From NCBI RefSeq assembly GCF_046119375.1, contig NW_027362763.1, forward strand, positions 711,264,001 to 711,328,000: a DNA stretch of 64,000 bases, given 5' to 3'. The DNA is from Phyllobates terribilis (lineage: Eukaryota). Both the position numbers and the translations under genes were made by a program. Each line of letters begins with the position of its first letter. Within the stretch, counting starts at the first letter, position 1. The notes under the pieces are model-generated. The model searched no databases and was not told the origin of the DNA. It was given only the letters and a program-made list of their open reading frames with translations. Positions 57,215 through 64,000 of this stretch are shown piece by piece.

Positions 57215-59490
57215 GATTAGATGCAGAAAAAAATTATTTTGAATTTGCAACCTGATGGAGGTCAGTATAGATGGACTAATACAAATAGTCCCACACACAG
57301 CTAGAAGCCCAAATATTTTTTCAGAGGTACTGTAGATGCAGATAAAAATTATTTTTAATTTGCAACCTGATGGAGGTCAGTATAGATGGACTAATAGACC
57401 AAGTCCCACACACTGCTAGAAGCCCAAATATTTTTTCAGAGCTAGATGCAGAAAAAAATTATTTTTAATTTGCAACCTGATGGAGGTCAGTATAGATGGA
57501 CTAATAGACCAAGTCCCACACACCGCTAGAAGCCCAACTATTTTTTCAGAGCTAGATGCAGAAAAAAATTATATTCAATTTGCAACCTGCTGGAGGTCAG
57601 TATAGAAGGACTAATAGAACAAGTCCCACACACTGCTAGAAGCCCAAATATTTTTTCAGAGCTAAATGAAGAAAAAAATTATTTTTAATTTGCAACCTGA
57701 TGGAGGTCAGTATAGATGGACTAATAGACCAAGTCCCACACACTGCTAGAAGCCCAAATATTTTTTCAGAGCTAGATGCAGAAAAAAATTATTTTTAATT
57801 TGCAACCTGATGGAGGTCAGTATAGATGGACTAATAGACCAAGTCCCACACACCGCTAGAAGCCCAAATATTTTTTCAGAGCTAGATGCAGAAAAAAATT
57901 ATTTTTAATTTGCAACCTGATGGAGGTCAGTATAGATGGACTAATAGACCAAGTCCCACACACCGCTAGAAGCCCAAATATTTTTTCAGAGCTAGATGCA
58001 GAAAAAAATTATTTTTAATTTGCAACCTGATGGAGGTCAGTATAGATGGACTAATAGACCAAGTCCCACACACCGCTAGAAGCCCAAATATTTTTTCAGA
58101 GCTAGATGCAGAAAAAAATTATTTTTAATTTGCAACCTGATGGAGGTCAGTATAGATGGACTAATAGACCAAGTCCCACACACCGCTAGAAGCCCAAATA
58201 TTTTTTCAGAGCTAGATGCAGAAAAAAAATATTTTTAATTTGCAACCTGATGGAGGTCAGTATAGATGGACTAATAGACCAAGTCCCACACACTGCTAGA
58301 AGCCCAAATATTTTTTCAGAGCTAGATGCAGAAAAAAATTATTTTTAATTTGCAACCTGATGGAGGTCAGTATAGATGGACTAATAGACCAAGTCCCACA
58401 CACCGCTAGAAGCCCAAATATTTTTTCAGAGCTAGATGCAGAAAAAAATTATTTTTAATTTGCAACCTGATGGAGGTCAGTATAGATGGACTAATAGACC
58501 AAGTCCCACACACTGCTAGAAGCCCAAATATTTTTTCAGAGCTAGATGCAGAAAAAAATTATTTTTAATTTGCAACCTGATGGAGGTCAGTATAGATGGA
58601 CTAATAGACCAAGTCCCACACACCGCTAGAAGCCCAACTATTTTTTCAGAGCTAGATGCAGAAAAAAATTATATTCAATTTGCAACCTGCTGGAGGTCAG
58701 TATAGAAGGACTAATAGAACAAGTCCCACACACTGCTAGAAGCCCAAATATTTTTTCAGAGCAAAATGAAGAAAAAAATTATTTTTAATTTGCAACCTGA
58801 TGGAGGTCAGTATAGATGGACTAATAGACCAAGTCCCACACACTGCTAGAAGCCCAAATATTTTTTCAGAGCTAGATGCAGAAAAAAATTATTTTTAATT
58901 TGCAACCTGATGGAGGTCAGTATAGATGGACTAATAGACCAAGTCCCACACACTGCTAGAAGCCCAAATATTTTTTCAGAGCTAGATGCAGAAAAAAATT
59001 ATTTTTAATTTGCAACCTGATGGAGGTCAGTATAGATGGACTAATAGACCAAGTCCCACACACTGCTAGAAGCCCAAATATTTTTTCAGAGCTAGATGCA
59101 GAAAAAAATTATTTTTAATTTGCAACCTGATGGAGGTCAGTATAGATGGACTAATAGACCAAGTTCCACACACCGCTAGAAGCCCAACTATTTTTTCAGA
59201 GCTAGATGCAGAAAAAAATTATATTCAATTTGCAACCTGCTGGAGGTCAGTATAGAAGGACTAATAGAACAAGTCCCACACACTGCTAGAAGCCCAAATA
59301 TTTTTTCAGAGCTAAATGAAGAAAAAAATTATTTTTAATTTGCAACCTGATGGAGGTCAGTATAGATGGACTAATAGACCAAGTCCCACACACTGCTAGA
59401 AGCCCAAATATTTTTTCAGAGCTAGATGCAGAAATAAATTATATTCAGTTTGCAACCTGATGGAGGTCAGTATAGATGGACTAATAGAAT
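57215..59490. repeat. Tandem array upstream of the transposase, 110-bp unit, about 20 near-identical copies
   Basis: Unit GAAAAAAATTATTTTTAATTTGCAACCTGATGGAGGTCAG...GCTAGATGCA starts at 57781, 57891 and so on. Confidence 0.97.
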
Positions 59491-61384
59491 GATGCTATGC
59501 CCAAAAGATTTTACTTCACTAGGTGCAGTAAAAAAATTGGTATTCTATACACAGGTGTTATATCTTGCAACACAGATAGGCTACTCCACTGACTAACACA
59601 CTCTGCAATAGGCCAAAAAGGATTAGCTTTGCTAGATTCAGCCAAATGCTGTGAAAAAAACTTGCACAGCACTGGCACAGACGTGCCTGGCAAAAACTGA
59701 TAGGAACTCATATAACCTAGTCCTGAAAAGGACTCCAATTACAATTAGTCTTTACTCCCACAACCTATCTATTTAAGAGCACAGACCTCCCTGATAAAAG
59801 TCGTAGGAAATGCTGTAACCTAGTCCTTAAAAGGACTGCAATCACAACTATTCCCTACTCCCAAGCTATCTGTATATTTGTGCGAAAATTGGCTTGAAAT
59901 TAACAAGGTATAGCGCACACAGCAACAGCGGTGCCGTCTAACACGCAGCTGCAGCAGTGAGAAAATGGTGGCAACGGGGAAAATGGCTTGGTCTTATAGG
60001 GCAAGGATATGTGACATACACTGCCAATGACACATGCCCTTGCTTGTGTGAAAAAAAGCACTTCGCTCCGTGTGTGCGCTGCTGATAGGCTGACAGATTG
60101 CACCTCCCCACTGCAAATGCGGGAAAGAGAAAAAAAAATGGAGATCTTCATTGTTCCTGCAGAGATCCATCCCCTGCCCCTCCCCCCGCCCCGCTGTACA
60201 CTCAAACTGCGTATTAACATTAATTTTCATCATTACTGAGAAAAAATCCAGTTATGATTTTGGTGCACGAACAGTTATCGAACATAACCTCGAACAGCCG
60301 AATTTTTCTCAAATTGTTCGTGTTCGCCGAACGGCTCGAACACCGCCCAAAACAGCTCGAATTTGAGATTGGCGAACAGTTCGAGTAGAACAACGCTCAT
60401 CTCTACTCCTGAGTGATATTATTGAGAAGTGGAAGGAATCGCAGCAACTCAGCCACAAAGTGGAGACCCCGTAACGTTACAGAGTAGGGGCCAAGTTCTG
60501 AGGAGCAGAGAGCAGAAAAGTCACTAATGCTCTGCTGACTGCATAACTGCAGACTTCAGACCTCCTCTGGTATTAATATCAGCACAAGCACTGCGCCCTC
60601 GCCGGGAACTTCATGGCCGAGCAGCTGCATGCAGCCGTACATCACCAAGCACAATGCCGAGTGTTGGATGAAGTGGTGTAAAGCCGCCACCACTGGATTC
60701 TAGAGCAGTGGAAACGTGTTCTGTGTAGTGATGGATCTCACTTCTCTATCTGGGATCAGATGGACAAGTCTGGGTTTAGTAAATTCCATGAGAACGTCAC
60801 CCACTGACTGCATTGTGCCAACTGTAAAGTTTGGTGGAGGAGGATAATGCTATGGGGATGTTTTTCAATGACATTTATTTCCAATGAATGGAAATCTTAA
60901 TACTTCAACACTAGACATGTTGGACAATTGTAGCTTCCAGCTTTGTGGGAACAGTTTGAGGAAGATCCTTCTCTGTTCCCCATGACTGAGTCCAGGGCAC
61001 AAAACAAGGTCCATAAAGACATGGTAGGGGGAGTTTGGTGTGGAAGAACATGAGCGGCCTCACAGAGCCCGGTAGGGTTACCACCATGAATTTCAAGTCC
61101 ACATGCTCCGCCTCCACCTCTCGAACCTTCCACAGTCACACCGCCCACTCTTGGAAAAACTCCACTTCTGAACCATGTCCTCACTAATTACACATTAACA
61201 GTTCCCATAGAAAATCAGATCATTTTTTAAGGCGCCACCATGACAAGGTAGACTCTTCTGGTAGGGCTCTACTCTACTCTAACCTATTAAGCATTTCTTA
61301 AAATATCCACTACTCTTTTTAGGTATATATATATATTTTTTTCTTTAAGGGAATGTGCCACATAAATTTTTTAAAATGACCAAT

Positions 61385-61820
61385 AATATCACATACAAGG
61401 GACAAATACCATCACATCATGGCCGGTCAACATATTACCACCATATAGTGACAGAATAATACCACACACAAGGAATACTGCCACACCATAACCAGACCAC
61501 ATATTACCACCACAAAGTGACCGAATAATACCACAAACAAGGAACAAATACCACTACACCATGACTAGACCATATTATACCACCACATAGTGACTGAATA
61601 ATACTACATACAAGGAACAAATACTGCCACACCATGACTAGAGTACTTATTACCACCTCATAGTGACTGAATAATACCATGTACAAGGGACAAATACCGC
61701 CACACCATAACCAGACCACATATTACCACCACATAGTGACCGAATAATACCACATACAAAGAACAAATACCTCCACACCGTGACCAGACCACATATTGCC
61801 ACGACATAGTGACCGAATAC
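61385..61820. repeat. Minisatellite, about 73 bp unit, about 6 copies
   Basis: GAATAATACCAC/T recurs at 61454, 61523, 61596 and 61669. Confidence 0.88.
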
Positions 61821-62044
61821 TACAATACTGATCTTTAATAAAAAAACACAATACTAATATTACCATAAGTGCCATTATACTGACATACTACAGCATTGCA
61901 GTATGGAGATAAAATTATGTTGTCCTGTGAAGCCCAGCCACTGGCTAGGCTTCACAGAAGAACAAAGATGGCAGTTGTGGGGGTCTTTGCAGGTCCCTGA
62001 CTGCCACGACAACCCATCAGTCTCCTGATATTGTGCCATTTTAA

Positions 62045-64000
62045 CCCCTTTCCGATATGTGGCGTATATATACGGGGCAGAGGGAGCTGCGTTCTCACAA
62101 AGCGCCATATACATATGGTGCCGTGATTGCGAAGGCTCACGCTGAGCGCCGCGATCGAGTGCGGGTGTCAGCTCTATGTGAGAGCTGACACCCCACTGCA
62201 ACGCACACGATTGGTGCTAGGACCAATCGTGGGTATTTAACCCCTGTGATGCCGCTGTCAATAGTGACAGCGACATCGCAGGGCATCGCACAGGGAGTGA
62301 GCTCACTGCCTCCTTCCAGGCGATCGCGTTGTGCTGATGGTCTCCATAGTGACCCCCGGTCCCAAGATGGCCGTGGGGTCCTTCAGTGTCCTTCAGGCAG
62401 ATGGCCTATTAGCGCCTACTCAGAGATCAGGGGCTGAGATGCCTCCTTCCTGCCTGTCAGACGTTAGTCTAATGCTCTGCAGTGCAGATACACTGCAGAG
62501 TATTAGATCAGTGATCAGGGCAGGGAAAGTTGATGTCCCATAGTGGGACAATGTAGTAAAGTAAAAAAAAATTTAAGAAAAATTATAAAAATATATAAAA
62601 AAATCACAAAATGAAGAGCAAAAAAAAAAAATATTAATCCAATAAATACATTTATCTGTGTAAAAAAAGAAAATAAACAAAAAAGTACACATATTTGGTA
62701 CCGCCGCATCCGGAACAACTCACCCTATAAAACTGTCCCACTAATTAACCCCTTCAGTGAACACCGTAAAAAAAGAAAGAAAAGCAAGGCAAAAAAAGAT
62801 GCTTTATCATCATACCGCTGAACAAAAAGTGTATAAAACGCGATCAAAAAGACAAATGTAAATAAAAATGGTATTACTGAAAACATCAACTTGTCAAGCA
62901 AACAGCAAGCTGCCATACAGCAAAACAAAAAAGTTACAGCTCTCAGAATAAAGCAATGCAAAAATAATTATTTTTTCTATAAAATAGTTTTTATTGTGTA
63001 AAAGCGCCAAAACATAAAAAAACTATATAAATGTGGTATCGCTGTAATCATAGTGACCCAAAGAATAAATCTGCCTCATCAATTTTACCACACGCGGAAT
63101 GGCATAAAAAATATACCCCAAAAAGAATTCCTGAATTGCTGGTTTTGTTCATTCTGCCTCCAAAAAAATGGAATAGAAAGCGATCAAAAGATGTAATTTG
63201 CCGGAAAATGGTACCAATAAAAACGTAAAATTGTACCGCAAAAAACAAGCCGTCACATGACTGTTGGCAGAAGTATGGAAAAATTATAGCTATCAAAAAA
63301 ACAATAAAAAGTGTCTTTTAGTGTGTGACAGCTGCCAATCATAAAGACAGGATAAAAATCTTTTCTCACTGTAATCGCACCGACCCGAAGAATAAAGTCG
63401 CCTAATCACTTCTACCGCATGAGGAACGGCATAAAAAATAAATAAAACCAATTATTCACCTTCTGTTGATTTATTCATTCTGCCTCCCAAAGATTGCAGT
63501 AAGACTTGGCTCACATTTATCCTGCACTCTGCGCTGAGCGCTTACACCAGGGTCTCCGAGTAAATCTCTGAAATACGGCAGAAGATTCCCTATAATGAGG
63601 CAGATGGAGGCACTGTGGAAGCTGTCTGGTCTATGATCCAGCGGTGTCTGTCTTTTGGCTAGGCGTGCATAAAAGTACCGTCGGCCACAGTTTTGTGCAC
63701 TTCTGAAAAGAAGGACGATGCTGAGGAGAGGCCAGACGGAGTCCAGAGTAATTCTGCTGCCTTATTAAAATGAATAGATCTCTCGGGGGTTTCATTTGAA
63801 TCATGTCACTCGAAATTTGATCTCAAATGTTATGTAAAATGTTCCCAACAAAAGCTTCAACTCCATTTACAAAAAAAGCAAGTCACAGCTCAGGTCCATC
63901 ATCTGTTAAAGGACATATAGGGGGCTTCCACGTTACTGGTAGCACAAAGACTCTGGAAAAACAAAATGGCACCTTGCCCTCCAAAAGAAATCCAGCGAAT
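62045..64000. mobile_element. Second piggyBac-like non-autonomous element, running past the window end
   Basis: TTAA|CCCCTT start. Collinear with 33105-34560 (GGGTGTCAGCT, AAAACTGTCCCACTA.TTAACCCCTTCAGTGAACAC, ATCAATTTTACCACACGCGGAA). Confidence 0.82.

Larger units (their letters stand above)
48924..60405 (-). mobile_element. hAT-2: full-length Ac-type hAT transposon (11,482 bp) with an intact ORF
   Basis: Perfect 8-bp TSD CTCCTGAG (48916-48923, 60406-60413). TIRs TAGTGTTGAGC and (reverse complement) TAGAGATGAGC. Subterminal GTTCG/CGAAC repeats at both ends. Confidence 0.96.
48850..61070 (+). mobile_element. Decayed Tc1 transposase region (48850-48923 joined to 60406-61070) split by hAT-2
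   Basis: Joined flanks read AACAAGTCC...CATCTCCTGAG|TGATATTATTGAGAAGTGG, matching the reverse complement of 19810-19880. The right part contains GAGCAGTGGAAACGTGTTCTGTGTAGTGATG and ACTGTAAAGTTTGGTGGAGG. Confidence 0.75.

Noticed and set aside
57215-59490. CRISPR array next to a large nuclease ORF
   Set aside because: The units are contiguous 110-bp near-identical repeats without variable spacers, and the ORF is a hAT transposase.

Overview
Repeat-dense eukaryotic DNA, inferred from its element families to be an anuran (frog) genome, with one 139-N scaffold gap and no host gene I can name. It is a nest of transposons. There are two large Ac-type hAT elements with 8-bp target-site duplications (TSDs): a decayed one at 8437-16842 and one with an intact 1233-aa transposase ORF at 48924-60405. 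Also present are four Tc1 remnants, two piggyBac-like TTAA elements, six solo or near-solo LTRs plus an LTR fragment, L2 and L1 fragments, a V-SINE head, several MITEs and minisatellites. The most unusual structures: (i) the intact hAT carries a decayed 18S rRNA piece, an L1 RT piece and copies of its own ORF in its 3' arm; (ii) the decayed hAT carries tandem antisense copies of its own transposase; (iii) a 2.7-kb array is built from nested palindromes; (iv) broken hammerhead-ribozyme cores sit in Penelope-like fragments. A few weak candidate host exons are noted. All alignments were done by eye; no database search was run.
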